64,000 bases of DNA from Okamejei kenojei (taxonomy: Eukaryota): contig CM069154.1 of assembly GCA_035221665.1 (NCBI GenBank), forward strand, positions 17,360,001 to 17,424,000. The letters run 5' to 3'. The position numbers and the translations under genes are program-made. A model generated the notes under the pieces. It was not told where the DNA came from and did not search any database. It was given only the letters and a program-made list of their open reading frames with translations. Of this stretch, positions 13,646-27,750 are shown one piece after another (the stretch's first letter is position 1; each line of letters begins with the position of its first letter).

Positions 13646-14119
13646 CTTCCTTGAATTTAGGTATGGTAATGCGCTCCATCATTTTTCAGTTATGATGCAA
13701 TGCCTACAATTGTGCATATAGGTAATCAACTACTTCCTACAGTTGAGTGAGCTTTTGGCTATGTTAGCTTACATTGAGGGTCTTTTGTTAACCTCTACAC
13801 CTCATCAGATATTTTTCGCATTATGAGGGTCATATGCATAATGGATAATTAATATTCACAAGAATATTTGAAAAGAAGGCTGAGAGCGAAAAAGAGTCCC
13901 AACGGTAAGCGTCACCCATCGGTTCCCCGCACAGATGCTGCTTGATTCATTGATTTACTTCAGCGCTTTATTTCTACCGTTGGTAAAAACCATGATCATG
14001 ATCACATTGATCAGCCATGATCATATTGAATGGCGGTGCAGGCTCGAAGGGACGAATGGCCTACTCCTGCACCTATTGTCTATGATTCTATGAAACCAAC
14101 ATATGCAATTCCTTGCTTC

Positions 14120-14680
14120 TACACGCTGCATGGTGGTCAGGTAATATTAGATGCTAAACTTTCCCTTACAGCATATGCGGTGTAGTCACAGCTGTCGTAT
14201 GGTCCACCAGCATGACTTGGGAGATATGGGAGGTTTAGTGTTATTGGGTACTATATATTTGGGGAGTGTATCCGGAGGTAGGTACTAACTAGGTGCATCG
14301 AGCGGCTGGGGATTCCGTTGGACTCACACAAGAACATCCGTGACGCCGCGCACATCATATTTGGGACCTGTAGCGAGACGGCCACGTCGAAATTCAAGAC
14401 AACATGTAATCGAATGACCATTAGAGAAGATAGGGAGATTAGTCACGAGTCCAGTCACGGATATATCGTTCTGGATATCGGTCGTATTATGAAGGATTAG
14501 ACAAGAATAGCAGCAGCAGCCAAATCTTTGGTACAACGCCTCCATGTGCTTCGCTGACCCCGACTCCGACCCGCGAGGCGAGGCTCCTCCGACACGCGAG
14601 GACCCGGCTGGGCTCCGACCGAGTTTTGCGTTTTCAGTCATGTAGTCACACAGCGTAGACACAGTCACTTTGGCCCAACT
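14120..14680 (-). pseudogene. Decayed CARD-like repeat(s)
   Basis: ORF 14324-14668 contains CLEFRRGRLATGPKYDVRGVTDVL. Confidence 0.45.
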
Positions 14681-14865
14681 TGCACATGATAAATGTAGCT
14701 AGGTGGGGGAGGGGAGTTGAGGTGAAATATTACCAGAGATCGGTAGGTGATAGATAGAACAAATAATATTCAATCAATGATTGACGATGAACAAATTCAA
14801 CCAGGTTGAAGATAGTGACGAATATCATAAGGAAGTAGTGGTAAACTATGACGAAACGGATATGG

Positions 14866-15440
14866 ACAATAGACAATAGACAATAGACAATAGACAACGG
14901 GTGCAGGAGTAGGCCATTCGGCCATTCGAGGCAGCACCGCCAATCTTTTTTTGTTTGTTTATTTTTGTTAGAAGTAAGTACAATAGTCTGGTACTTAAGT
15001 ACCTAACATAAATACATATTTTCATTTTTGTACAACTTTGCCTAGTAGGAGGAATCTAATTTCTTCAAAATGTAACGTATCAGACATGTTTGAGATCCAC
15101 ATTTTGAATGTTGGCGTAGGCAGCACCGCCATTCAATGTATTCATGGCTGATCATCCCCACTCGGTACCCCGTTCCTGCCTTCTCGCCATATCACCTGGC
15201 TCCGCTATATTTAAGAGCCCTATCTTGCTCTCTTTTGAAAGCATCCAGAGAACCTGCCTCCACCGCCCTCTGAGGAAGAGAATTGCACAGGCTCACCACT
15301 CTCTGTGAGAAAAGGTGTTTCCACGTCTCCGTTCTAAATGGCTTACTCCTTATTCTTAAACTGTGGTTCCTGGTCCTGGACTCCCCCAACGTCGGGAACA
15401 TGTTTCCTGCCTCTAACGTTTCCAAACCCTTATCAACCTT
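14866..15440 (-). mobile_element. CR1 3' fragments with a short AT-rich insert
   Basis: (GACAATA)n tail on the + strand; FSQRVVSLCNSLP on the - strand. Confidence 0.85.
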
Positions 15441-15454
15441 AGCTAATCTGAAAA

Positions 15455-18400
15455 ATAATAGACAATAGACAATAGGTGCACGAGTGGGCCATTCGGCCTT
15501 TCGAGCCAGCACCGCCATTCAATATGATCATGGCTGATCATCCCCAATCAGTACCCCGTTTCCGCATTCTCCCTGACTCTCTTATTTTTAAGAGATGTAT
15601 CTAGCTCGCACTTGAATGCACCCAGAGACTCTGCCTCCACCGCCCTCTGAGGCAGAGAATTTAACAGACTCACCACTCTCTGTGAGAAAAAGTGTTTCCT
15701 CGTCTCCGTTCAAAATGGCTTACTCCTTATTGTTAAACTGTCGCTCCTGGTTCTGGACTCCCATAAATCGGGAACATGTATCCTGCCTCTAGCGTGTCCA
15801 AACCTGTAACAATCTTATGTTTCAATGAAATCCCCTCTCATCCTTCGAAACTCCAGAGTGTACAAGCGCAGCTGCTCCATTCTCTCAGCATATGACAGTC
15901 CCGCCATCCCGGGAATTAACCTTGTAAACCTACGCTGCACTCCCTCAATAGCAAGAATGTCCTTCCTCAAATTAGGGGACCAAAACTCCACACAATACTC
16001 CAGATGTGGTCTCACTCGGGCTCTGTACAACTGCAGAAGGACTTCTTTGCTCCTATATTCGATTCCTATTGTTATAAAGGCCAACATGCCATTCGCTTTA
16101 TTCAATTCCTGCTGTACTGCATGCTGAGTTTCATAGACTGATGAAGAAGGACCCCCCAGATCTCGTTTTACTTCCTCTTTTCCCAACTTGTCGCCATTTA
16201 GTTGGTAATCTGACTTTCTGTTTTTGCAACCAGTTTATAACCTCACGTTGATCCGCATTAAACTCATCTGCCATGCATCTGCTCACTCCCCCAACCTGTC
16301 CAAGTCACCCTGCATTCTCATAGCATCCTCCTCACAGTTCACACTGTCAACCAGCTTTGTGTCATAGAAACATAGAAACATAGAAACATAGAAAATAGGT
16401 GCAGGGGTAGGCCATTCTGCCATTCGAGCCTGCACCGCCATTCAATATGATCATGGCTGATCATCCAACTCGGTATCCCTTACCTGCCTTTTCTCCATAC
16501 CCCCTGATCCCTTTAGCCACAAGGGCCACATCTAACTCCCTCTTAAATATAGCCAATGAACTGGCCTCAACTACCTTCTGTGGCAGAGAATTCCAGAGAT
16601 TCATCACTCTCTGTGTGAAAAATGTTTCTCTCATCTCGGTCCTAAAAGACTTCCCCCTTATCCTTAAACTGTGACCACTTGTACTGGACTTACCCAACAT
16701 CGGGAACAATCTTCCTGCCTCTAGCCTGTCCAACCCCTTAAGATTTTGTATGTTTCTATGAGATTCTCCCTCAATCTTCTAAATTCTAGCGAGTACAAGC
16801 CGAGTCTATCCAGTCTTTCTTCATATGAAAGTCTTGACATCCCAGTAATCAGTCTGATGAAACATAGAAACATAGAAACATAGAAATTAGGTGCAGGAGT
16901 AGGCCATTCAGCCCTTCGAGCCTGCACCGCCATTCAATATGATCATGGCTGATCATCCAACTCAGTATCCCGTACCTGCCTTCTCTCCATACCCTCTGAT
17001 CCCCTTAGCCACAAGGGCCACATCCAACTCACTCTTAAATATAGCCAATGAACTGGCCTCAACTACCCTCTCTGGCAGAGAGTTCCAGAAACTCACCACT
17101 CTCTGTGTGAAAAAAGTCTTTCTCATCTCGGTCTTAAAGGATTTCCCCCTTATCCTTAAGCTGTGACCCCTTGTCCTGGACTTCCCCAACATCGGGAACA
17201 ATCTTCCTGCATCTAGCCTGTCCAACCCCTTAAGAATTTTGTAAGTTTCTATAAGATCCCCTCTCAATCTCCTAAATTCCAGAGAGTATAAACCGAGTCT
17301 ATCCAGTCTTTCTTCATAAGACAGTCCTGTCATCCCAGGAATCAGTCTGGTGAACCATCTCTGCACTCCCTCTATGGCAATAATGTCCTTCCTCAGATTT
17401 GGAGACCAAAACTGTACGCAATACTCCAGGTGTGGTCTCACCAAGACCCTGTACAACTGAAGTAGAACCTCCCTGCTCCTGTACTCAAATCCTTTTGCTA
17501 TGAAAGCTAACATACCATTCGCTTTTTTCACTGCCTGCTGCACCTGCATGCCTACCTTCAATAACTGGTGTACCATGACACCCAGGTCTCGCTGCATCTC
17601 CCCTTTTCCTAATCGGCCACCATTTAAATAATAGTCTGCTTTCCTGTTTTTGCCACCAAAGTGGATAACCTCACATTTATCCACATTATACTGCATCTGC
17701 CAAACATTTGCCCACTCACCCAGCCTATCCAAGTCACCTTGCAGTCTCCTAGCATCCTCCTCACAGCTAACACTGCCCCCAGCTTAGTGTCAACCGCAAA
17801 CCTGGAGATATTGCCTTCAATTCCCTCATCCAGATCATTAATATATATTGTAAATAGCTGGGGTCCCTGCACTGAGCCCTGCGGTACCCCACTAGTCACT
17901 GCCTGCCATTGTGAAAAGGACCCGTTTACTCCTACTCTTTGCTTCCTGTTTGCCAGCCAGTTCTCTATCCACATCAATACTGAACCCCTAATACCGTATG
18001 CTTTAAGTTTGTATACTGATCTCTTATGTGGGACCTTGTCGAAAGCCTTCTGGAAGTCCAGATATACCACATCCACTGGTTCTCCCTTATCCACGCTACT
18101 AGTTACATCCTCGAAAAAATCCACAAGATTCGTCAGACATGATTTACCTTTCGTAAATCCATGCTGACTTTGTCCAATGATTTCACCACTTTCCAAATGT
18201 GCTGCTATCCCATCTTTAATAACTGACTCTAGCAGTTTCCCCACTACCGATGTTAGACTAACTGGTCTGTAATTCCCCGTTTTCTCTCTCCCTCCCTTCT
18301 TAAAAAGAGGGGTTACATTTGCTACCCGCCAATCCTCAGGAACTACTCCAGAATCTAAAGAGTTTTGAAAGATTATCACTAATGCATCCACTATTTCATG

Positions 18401-19905
18401 AGCTACTTCCTTAAGTACTCTGGGATGCAGCCTATCTGGCCCTGGGATTTATCGGTTTTTAATCTATTCAATTTACCCAACACCACTTCCCGACTGACCT
18501 GGATTTCACTCAATTCCTCCTTTGACCCACGGTCCCCTGCTATTTCCGGCAGATTATTTATGTCTTCCTTAGTGAAGACGGAACCAAAGTAGTTATTCAA
18601 TTGGTCCGCCATATCCTTGTTCCCCATGATCAACTCACCTGTTTCTGACTGCAAGGGACCTACATTTGTTTTAACTAACCTCTTTCTCGTCACATATCTA
18701 TAAAAACTTTTGCAGTCAGTTTTTATGTTCCCTGCCAGTTTTCTTTCATAATCTATTTTTCCTTTCCTAATTAAGCCCTTTGTCCTCCTCTGCTGGTCTC
18801 TGAATTTCTCCCAGTCCTCTGGTATGCTGCTTTTTCTGGCTACTTTGTACGCATCATCCTTTGCTTTGATACTATCCCTGATTTCCCTTGGTTTCCACGG
18901 ATGCACTACCTTCCCCGATTTATTCTTTTGCCAAACTGGGATGAACAATTTTTGTAGCTCATCCATGCAGTCTTTAAATGTCTTCCATTGTATATCCACC
19001 GTCAACCCTTTTAGAATTAATTGCCAGTCAATCTTGGCCAATTCACGTCTCATACCCTCAAAGATACCTTTCTTTAAGTTCAGAACCATTGTTTCTGAAT
19101 TAACAATGTCACTCTCCATCCTAATGAAGAACTCAACCATATTATGGTCACTCTTGCCCAAGGGGGCACGTACAACAAGACGGCTAACTACCCCTTCCTC
19201 ATTACTCAAAACCCAGTCTAAAATAGGCTGCTCTCTCATTGGTTCCTCTACATGTTGATTTAGATAACTATCCCGCATACATTCCAAAAATCCTCTTCCT
19301 CAGCACCCCTGCCAATTTGATTCACCCAATCTATATGTAGATTGAAGTCACCCATTATAACAGTTTTGCCTTTGTCGCACGCATTTCTAATTTCCTGCTT
19401 GATACCATCCCCAACTTCACTGCTACTGTTAGGTGGCCTGTACACAACACCCACCAGCGTTTTCTGCCCCTTAGTGTTTTGTAGCTCTACCCATACCGAT
19501 TCCACATCCTCCAAGCTAATGTCCTTCCTTTCCATTGCGTTAATCTCCTCTCTAACCAGCAACGCTACCCCACCTCCTTTTCCTTTCTCTCTATCCCTCC
19601 TGAATATTGAATATCCCTGGATGTTCAGCTCCCAGCCTACGTCACCCTGGAGCCATGTCTCCGTGATCCCAACTATATCATAATCATTAATATCTATATG
19701 CACGTTCAACTCGTCCACCTTATTACGAATTACTTATTATGAAACTTATCTGTATTTCCTCTATGGCAAGAATGTCTTTCCTCAGATTACGAGACCAAAA
19801 TTTGCCAATTTGCTAATTTGCAAATTTGGTAATGTTACCTTGAATCCCTTCATCCAAATCATTGATGTACATTGTACATAGCCGCGGTCCCAGCACAGAG
19901 CCGCA
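15455..19905 (-). mobile_element. Stack of three nested CR1 copies; innermost young copy at 16858-19730 (APE endonuclease to 3' tail, frameshifted)
   Basis: ORFs 19260-19718 (GITETWL, VYRPP, MGDFN), 18403-19287, 17624-18391 ([13 protein letters not shown]), 16962-17732; tails at ~15460, 16363 and 16858. Confidence 0.92.
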
Positions 19906-19909
19906 AACA

Positions 19910-21880
19910 GTCTAGGAGAGTTGTTTTAAGCAGCGCGTGGAGGCCCCTACAAGTGAGTGGGCAATGCTGGATCTAGTATTGGGAAATTGGTAAGGGCAAG
20001 TTAATGAAGTGTGTGTGTGGAGGAGCTTTAAGGAACAGGTGACGCCCGCTCGATTAGTTTTAAGATAGTTGTGGATCCGGATGAAGAGTGTCCACGTGTT
20101 AAAATGCTCAACTGCCGTAAGGCCACCTTTGAAGGTATGACAGAAGATCTCGCTCAAGGTGACTGGAGCAGTTTATTTGAGGGGAAAGGAACATCGGCCA
20201 AGTGGCATGATTTTAAAAGTGTACTGAAGTGGGCTCAGGATGTGTACGTCCCCGCTGGAGTGAAAGTGAAAGCAGGCAAGCGTAAGGAAGAATGGCTGAC
20301 GAGAGAAATTGAGACGTTAGTCAAAAACATGAAAGGATGCATTGGACAGGTGCAGGCAACTGTGATCATGTGCATCCCCGTTGCAGTTTTGGGAAGCAAG
20401 GAGCACATTTTTTTTAAAGGAATTCAGAAGGGCAGGAAGCCTGATTGACATTTATGAGATGTCCTTGAATATGGGAGACGTGCCAGAGGAATTAAGGGTG
20501 GCAAATGTTGTGCCTCTTCTCAAGAAAGCTGCAGGGAAAATGATGGGAAGTATAGGCCAGTGAGGTTAACATCTATAGTTGGTAAGTTACTGGAGAGAAT
20601 TCTGAGGGATAGGATATACAGGCATTTGGAAGGGCTGATTAGGGACAGTCAGCACTGTTTTGTACGTGGGAGGTCGTGTCTCACAAATCTGATTTTTGTA
20701 AAGACGTGTTAAAAGCGTTATGAAGGCAGAGCTGTAGATGTTGTTACAAGGACTTTAGTAAAGTCTTCGACAAGGTGCCGCATGGTAGGCTGTTCTGGAA
20801 GGTTACATCTCAGGGGATCCAAGAAGAGATGGCTGAATTGATAGAAAATGAGTTGAATGGAAGGAAGCCGAGGGTGATGGTGGAACGTTGCTTCTCAGTA
20901 TTGAGGCCTGTGACTAGTGGTGTGTCACGTGGTTCGGTGCTGGGCCGGTTACTGTGTTCCGTCTACATCAACGATTTGGATGAGAACATACAGGGCAAGA
21001 TTAGCAAGCTTGCTGATGATACAAAAGTTAGTGATTTTGCAAATAGTGACGATGGTTTTGAACGATTGGAGCAGGATCTGGATCGATTGGCTTGGTGGAC
21101 GGAGGAATGGTTGATGTAATTTAATGCAGAGAAGTGTGAATGTTTGCATTTTGGACGCCAAACAAGGCCAGCTCCTACAGAGTAAATGGTAAGCCTCTGG
21201 GTAGTGTTGGGTCGAGGAGTAGAAGTGCATAAACGTCCAGTATCGAGTAGATAAGGTGGTCAAAAAGGCTTTATGCACTTTGGCCTTCATCAGTCAGAAT
21301 ATTGAGTATAGAAGTAAGGAGGTCATGTTGCAGTTGTATGAGAACGCACTTTGAAAATTGTGTTCAGTTCTGGGAACCATGTTATGGGAAAGATACTGTC
21401 ACGCGTGAAAGGGCTCAGGAACGATTTATGAGGATATTGCCAAGTCTAGATGATGGGAGCTATAGGGAGAGCTAAGTAGGCTGGGTCTCTATTTCGTGGA
21501 GCGTAGGATGAGGAGAGATCTTATGGAGGTATAAGAAATAATGAGCTGATGCACAGTCTTTTACCCAGAGGAGAGAAATCGAGGACCAGAGGAAATTGGT
21601 TCAAAGTGAAGGGGAAAATAATGAATAGGAATCCGAGAGGTAACTTTTTAACACAGAAGATGGTGGGTGTATTGAACAAGCTGCCAGAGGAGGTAGTTGA
21701 GGCTAGGACGATCCCATCGTTTAACAAAATAGTTGGCCAGGTTCATGGATAGGCCAAATTTGGAGGGTTAAGCAACAAAGCGGAGGCAGGGGACTAGTGT
21801 AGCTGGGACATCGTTGGCCGGCATGGGCGAGATGGGCCGAAGGGCCAGTTTCTAGACTGTGTGTCTGTATGACCCTCTGT
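19910..21880 (+). mobile_element. Old CR1 ORF2 copy (different subfamily)
   Basis: ANVVPL, FDKVPHGRL, LADDTKV, LTQKMVGVLNKLP; many stops. Confidence 0.88.
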
Positions 21881-22734
21881 CTATCTGATTCTTGTCCTGA
21901 GCTACTATCCACCTCATGGGATACGCTCGGACTATTTTAATCGGACTTTATTGGACTTGGCTTATCTTTACCCCTCCTTATCCTTTTTATGTGCGCTGTG
22001 TATGGTTTGCACGCATCAACAGCTTTTCAATCAACCAAGCCACATTTGACAATAAACTAAACTTAACCCACCCGTGTCGCACGGGGCGAACCTGTTTGCA
22101 TGGATTTTGGTTCCCCTTGTCGTTCTGTATAGAGGATTCATGAAATCAGAGCACATAATATAATACAACGCATTGCGGTAGGTTTTTTTGAAGACAACAG
22201 AGGAAGGCAAATAACACCTTTTTGGGCAGCTGTTCTGCCATTCGTATTATTGATAAGAATTATGAGTTAATATGTTTAGTTCAACTTGTCTGCAAATAAA
22301 GTATATATTGTGGACGATACATTAAAGTCCTTTGTATACCTTAAATTATGAAATATTGTTTATGGAAATAATATGGAATTAGTTGATATATCGCGTGAGT
22401 GAAACAAACACTAATATTGGGGACAACTTAGCACCCAGCCCTTCCGTTTTGACCCACCCTAACACATTCACCAATACCAGCCACAGGCGCCCTTTCCTAC
22501 ATAAATAATTATTACCGTTGTAGTCGTGATGTCTCACTTAAGTAATTGTTAGTTATTGTTCCCACATACAGTTGGGCAACAGAGAAACATATAAATCAGG
22601 TGCAGGAGTAGGCCATTCGGCCCTTCGAGCCTGCACCACCATTCAATATGATCATGGCTGATCATCCAACTGATCATCCAACTCAATAACTCAATTTTTT
22701 GGCTTACAACCAAATCTTGATTAATTCCAGCCTT

Positions 22735-23665
22735 CTATGTTTCGATGATGATACAAAAGTTGGTGGTTTTGCAGACAGTAAAGATGGTTTTGAAAAATTG
22801 AAGCAGAATCATGAACAATTGGCCAGGTAGGCTGAGAAATGGTTGAAGGCACTACAGAGAAATGCGAAGTGTTTTTGGGTAGTGTAACATGGACAGGACC
22901 TACACAGTAAATGATAGGGCTCTGTGGGGTGTTGTCGAGCAGATGCATCGAGAAGGGCAGGTGCATGGATCTTTGAATATGGAGCCGCAGGTAGATCGGA
23001 GGTGCGGGGGCAGGGGTCAAAAAGGCTTTTGGCACATTATCCTTCATCAGCAAGAGGATTGAGTACGGAGGTTCGCAAGGTCGTGTTGCAGTTGCATAAG
23101 AAATCAGTGAGGCCGCATTTAGAGTATTGTGTTCAGTTCTGAGCATCGTGTTATAGGAAAATGTTTTCCGACGTGAAAGAGTACAGATATGATTTACGAG
23201 GTTGATGCCAGGACTGGATGGTCCCAGCTATAGGGAGAGGTTGAGTAGGCTGTGGCGCTATTTATTGGAGAGCAGGAGATTGAGCGGTGATCTTATATAG
23301 ATGTATAAAATCATGACATGAATAGATCGGGTAGAGGCACAGTCTCTTGCCCAGAGTAGATGCATCGAGGACCAGAAGGCATCGGTTTAAAGTGAAGGCG
23401 AACCGATTTAATAGGAATCTGACGGATAAAATTTTCACACAGAGGGTGGTGGATGTATGGAACACGCTGTCAGAGGAAATAGTTGAGGCAGCAACTAACC
23501 CTACATTTAAGAATCAGTTAGACAGACTCATGGATCGGATATGTTTGGAGGGACATGGACAAAACGCCGGCAAGTGGGATTAGCGTAGCGGGGACATGTT
23601 GGCCGCTGTCGGCAAATTGGGCCGAAGGGCATGTTTCCCGCTGTCTCACTCTATGAATCTATGTT
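22735..23665 (+). mobile_element. Old CR1 3' fragment
   Basis: RPHLEYCVQF, FTQRVVDVWNTL. Confidence 0.88.
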
Positions 23666-23683
23666 ATAAATATTGCACATAAA

Positions 23684-25280
23684 CAGTGGCTTGCAAAAGT
23701 TTTCATACCCCTTGAACTTTTCCCCATTTTGTCCCGTTACAACCTCAAACATAAATGTATTTTATGTGATAGACCAACACAAAGTGGTGCATAATTGTGA
23801 AGTGGAAGGAAAATGATACATGGTTTTCAAATTTTATTACAAATAAAAAACTAAAAAGTGTGGCGTGCAAAAGTATTCAGCCCCCCTGAGTCAATACTTT
23901 GTAGAACCACCTTTCGCTGCAATTACAGCTGCAAGTCTTTTGGGGTATTTCTCTACCAGCTTTGCACATCTAGAGATTGATATTTTTGCCCATTCTTGTT
24001 TGAAAAATAGCTCAAGCTCAGTCAGATTGGATGGAGAGCCTCTGTGAACAGCAATTTTCAAGTCTTGCCAGAGATTCTCAATTGGATTTAGGTCTGGACT
24101 TTGACTGGGCCATTCTAACACATGAATGTGATTTGATCTAAACCATTCCATTGTAGCTCTGGCTGAATATTTAGGGTCGTTGTCCTGCTGGAAGCTGAAC
24201 CTCCGCTCCAGTCTCAAGTCTTTTGCAGACTCTAACAGGTTTTCTTCCAAAATTGCCCCTGTATTGCTCCATCCATCTTCCCATCAACTCTGACCAGCTT
24301 CCCTGTCCCTGCTGAAGAAAAGCATCGCCACAGCATGATGCTGCCACCACCATGTTTCACAGTGGGGATGATGTGTTCAGGATGATGTGCAGTGTTAGTG
24401 TTCTGCCACACATTGCGTTTTGCATGTAGGCCAAACACTTCAATTTTGATCTCATCAGACCAGAACACCTTCCTCCACATGTTTGCTGTGTCCCCCACAT
24501 GGCTTGTGGCAAACATCAAACGGGACTTCTTATGGCTTTGTTTCAACAATGGCTTTCTTCTTGCCACTCTTCCATAAAGGCCCGATTTGTGGAGTGCACG
24601 ACTAATAGTTGTCCTGTGGACAGATTCTCACGCCTGAGGTGCGGATCTCTGCAGCTACTCCAGAGTTACCATGGGCCTCTTGGCTGCTTCTCTGATCAAT
24701 GCTCTCCTTGCCCAGCCTGTCAGTTTAGGTGGACGGCCATGTCTTGGTAGGTTTGCAGTTGTGCCATACTCTTTCCATTTTCGGATGATGGATTGAACAG
24801 TGCTCCGTGAGATGTTCAAAGCTTGCGATATTTTTTATAACCTAACCCTGCTTTAAACTTCCCCACAACATTATCCCTGACCTGTCTGGTGTGTTCCTTG
24901 GGCTTCATGATGCTGTTTGTTTACTAATGTTCTCGAACAAACCTCTGAGGCCTTCACAGAACAGCTGTATTTATACTGAGATTAGATTACACACAAGTGG
25001 ACTCTATTTACTAATTAGGTGACTTCTGAAGGCAATTGGTTGCACTGGATTTTATTTAGGGGTATCCGAGTAAAGGGGGCTGAATACTTTTGCACTTTTC
25101 AGTTTTATATTTGTAAAAACATTTGAAAACCATGTATCATTTTCCTCCCATTTCACAATTATGCGCCACTTTGTGTTGGTCTATCACATAAAATGCCAAT
25201 AAAATACATTTACGTTTGTGGTTGTAACGTGACAAAATGTGGAAAAGTTCAAGGGGTATGAAAACTTATGCAAGCCACTG
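23684..25280 (-). mobile_element. Full-length Tc1 DNA transposon, Passport-like (DD34E, long IR/DR-type TIRs)
   Basis: Ends CAGTGGCTTGCA...TGCAAGCCACTG with ~200-bp TIRs and an inner repeat GCAAAAGTATTCAGCCCCC; TA on the right, AA on the left. Confidence 0.95.
23891..24908 (-). pseudogene. Tc1 transposase (two in-frame stops at ~24630-24657, frameshift at ~24260)
   Basis: MKPKEHTRQVRD...[30 protein letters not shown]-(34)-E, SPDLNPIENLW, AAKGGSTKY. Confidence 0.93.
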
Positions 25281-25439
25281 TACAACCTGTTATCTACTGT
25301 CTGTTCGATTGCTTCTACCTTATTATGGACAATTTTGTTATCTCAACTCGATTCATCACATTTTTATACGTTGACATGAAAGGTAATATGCTCAAGTACC
25401 TAATTACCAATGACAGATTTTTTTATTTAACTTTTTTTT

Positions 25440-26160
25440 AGACAATACGTGCAGGAGTAGGCCATTCGGCCCTTCGTGCCATCACCATTCAATATGATCA
25501 TGGCTGATCATTCAAATTCAGTTTTCCTCATCTTCGTTATAAATGGCTCATATATTATTCTTAAACCGTGGCCCCATGTTCTGGACTCCTCCAACATCGG
25601 GAACATGTTCCTGACTCTAGCATGTCCAAACCCTTAATAATTTTATATGTTTCAATATGATCCCCTGTCATCCTTCCAAATGCCAGACTATACAAACCCA
25701 GCCGCTTCATTCTATCAACATATGACAGTCCCGCCATCTCGGGAATTAACGTGGTGAACCTACGCTTCACTCCCTCACTAGCAAGAATGTCCTTCCTCAC
25801 CTTTGGAGAGCAACACTTCACACAATACTCCAGATGTTGTATCACTAGGGTCTTGTACTCGTGCAGAAGACCTCTTTGCTCCTATACTCAACTTCTCTTT
25901 TTTATGAACGAACTTTGTATGATTCACCTTTATCACTACCTGATGTACCTGCGTGCTTACTTTCAGTGACTGATGAACAAGGACCCCAGATGCCGTTGTA
26001 CTTCCCCTTTTCCCAATTTGATATCATTTAGATAATAATGTGCATTCCTGTTTTTGCCACCAAAGTGGATAACCTCACATATATCCACATTAAATTGTAT
26101 CTGGCATGCATCTGTCCACTCACCCAACATGTCCATGTCACCCTGCATCCTCATTGCATA
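25440..26160 (-). mobile_element. CR1 3' fragment
   Basis: [17 protein letters not shown]. Confidence 0.88.
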
Positions 26161-26189
26161 AACTTTCCAGCCGCTAAATTTGAGGATGG

Positions 26190-26460
26190 TAGGTTACTTT
26201 ACGGCGAAGCTTGCCAAGTAGACGATAGGTATAAATTGTTGTGTGCATAGAGTGAACACTTTGTACAACATTTTGTCCATTCTTGGTGAATTACAAATCC
26301 TTCCGCGTATTGAAAGATGTTTATCAGATATACCACCTTGAGCAAACGGCATGCAATAATTTGGTCCTTCGTCCATATACATTTTATTCAGGAAAAAAAT
26401 GATGGCCTTCAGCTGGGTCGCCCACCACCCACAGTACGATGGCTAAACATTTTTTTTAAA
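26190..26460 (-). pseudogene. Decayed CARD-like repeat (C-terminal half)
   Basis: ORF 26194-26382: YMDEGPNYCMPF...SPRMDKMLYKV. Confidence 0.55.
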
Positions 26461-26579
26461 TGTGTTTCACTTTCTCCTCAATAGTTGATTGATCATTTGC
26501 AAAATTGTTAGATGCATATCTAACCATACAAAAATATCTCAGTCGTAAAAATAGCGAGTTTCAGTCATGTAATATTGTG

Positions 26580-26890
26580 TTTAGTTCAGTTTAGTTAAGA
26601 GATGCAGCGTGGAAACAAGCCCTTCGGCCCTTGATTCCGCACCGACCAGCGATTGGTGCAAAATAGCACGATTAACAACATCCTACTACGAGGGACAACG
26701 TACACATACAGCACGCCATTTAACCTAGATACTGTACGTCTTTGTAGTGTGGGAGGAAACCGAAGATCACGGAGAAAACCCACGGGGAGAACCTATAAAT
26801 TCCGTACAGACAGTGCCAATATCGGGATCGAACATGGGTCTCCGGCGATGCAAGTGCTGTTAGGCAGCAACTCAACAGCTGCGTGTGTGC
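26580..26890 (-). mobile_element. tRNA-derived V-SINE (HE1-like) with CR1-type tail
   Basis: B-box-like GTTCGATCC, V-domain GGAATTTATAGGTTCTCCCCGTGGGTTTTCTCC..GGTTTCCTCCCACA, tail GGGCCGAAGGGCTTGTTTCC. Confidence 0.8.
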
Positions 26891-27021
26891 GGTAATTCAA
26901 AGATATTTGACCCTTTGGTTTAAAATATACTCAAGGGCCGCTGGTGGCCTATAGTGTAATGATGTTTGTGCCATGAAAGAGGGAAAATGACTAATATTTC
27001 ATTTTAAACCAAAATAGTTAC

Positions 27022-27051
27022 CTGCTCCGATTCTGTGAGGGTCCACTTCTG
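27022..27051 (-). other. Candidate 30-nt phase-1 micro-exon (xEVDPHRIGA)
   Basis: TTTTCTTCTTTAG acceptor and CAG|GTAACT donor; open frame. Confidence 0.4.
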
Positions 27052-27625
27052 CTAAAGAAGAAAATCAAATAAAGTTTCAATTGTACTGAATAACCCAAGG
27101 AGTTTATTCCATCCAGGTAATATGCATTAATTAAGCTTCACAAACATGCAGAGTAATACTTTGACTTCATAATTACATTAGTATTTGCAGCGGAGACTAC
27201 CCGTTTGTTGATATGCTCTTTATGTAGAGAACATGTGAAGTTGAATGAATAGTTGGAGAAAATCAGTGCAGCTAGGTGAATTGTTTCGATTTCTGTTCAA
27301 ATACATATCAGAAAATGTTAATAGTGTCAATGCTTGACTGATGGTGCTTATTTAAAATAAGCGTATGGTTAGAAACTGGGAACAGTTATATTGACGGAGG
27401 GAAGATAATCAATGTAGGCATAGGCATGTAGAGATTAAGCAAAAGTAGAAAGAATAGGATAAATACAGGAGAAAATAAGTTAGAAACTCAAAGAACTGCA
27501 AATGCTGGATCCTGAGTTACACACAAAGGGCAAGGTTATGTCACAGGGTCAGGCATTATCTCTGCAGGACGTGGATCAGCTTCGTTTCGGGAACTCTTCA
27601 ATCAGACTTTACTGTCCTTTATTAC

Positions 27626-27750
27626 CTGGAGGTAATCTATAGTAAAAACGGACGTAATAGACAATAGACTATAATGTCCATTAATTGAACGTTGCATCGC
27701 AGGATATTCTTTCAACAATAATTCCTTGTAATGTTTGCATTGGGCGCTTT
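27626..27750 (-). pseudogene. CARD-like N-terminal-half exon, open frame, phase 1 to phase 0
   Basis: CTGTTTAACAG acceptor; ESAQCKHYKELLLKEYPAMQRSINGHYSLLSITSVFTIDYLQ; CAG|GTAATA donor. Confidence 0.55.

Noticed and set aside
17661-19683. Plus-strand ORFs opposite CR1 ORF2
   Set aside because: Antisense shadows of the LINE coding frame.
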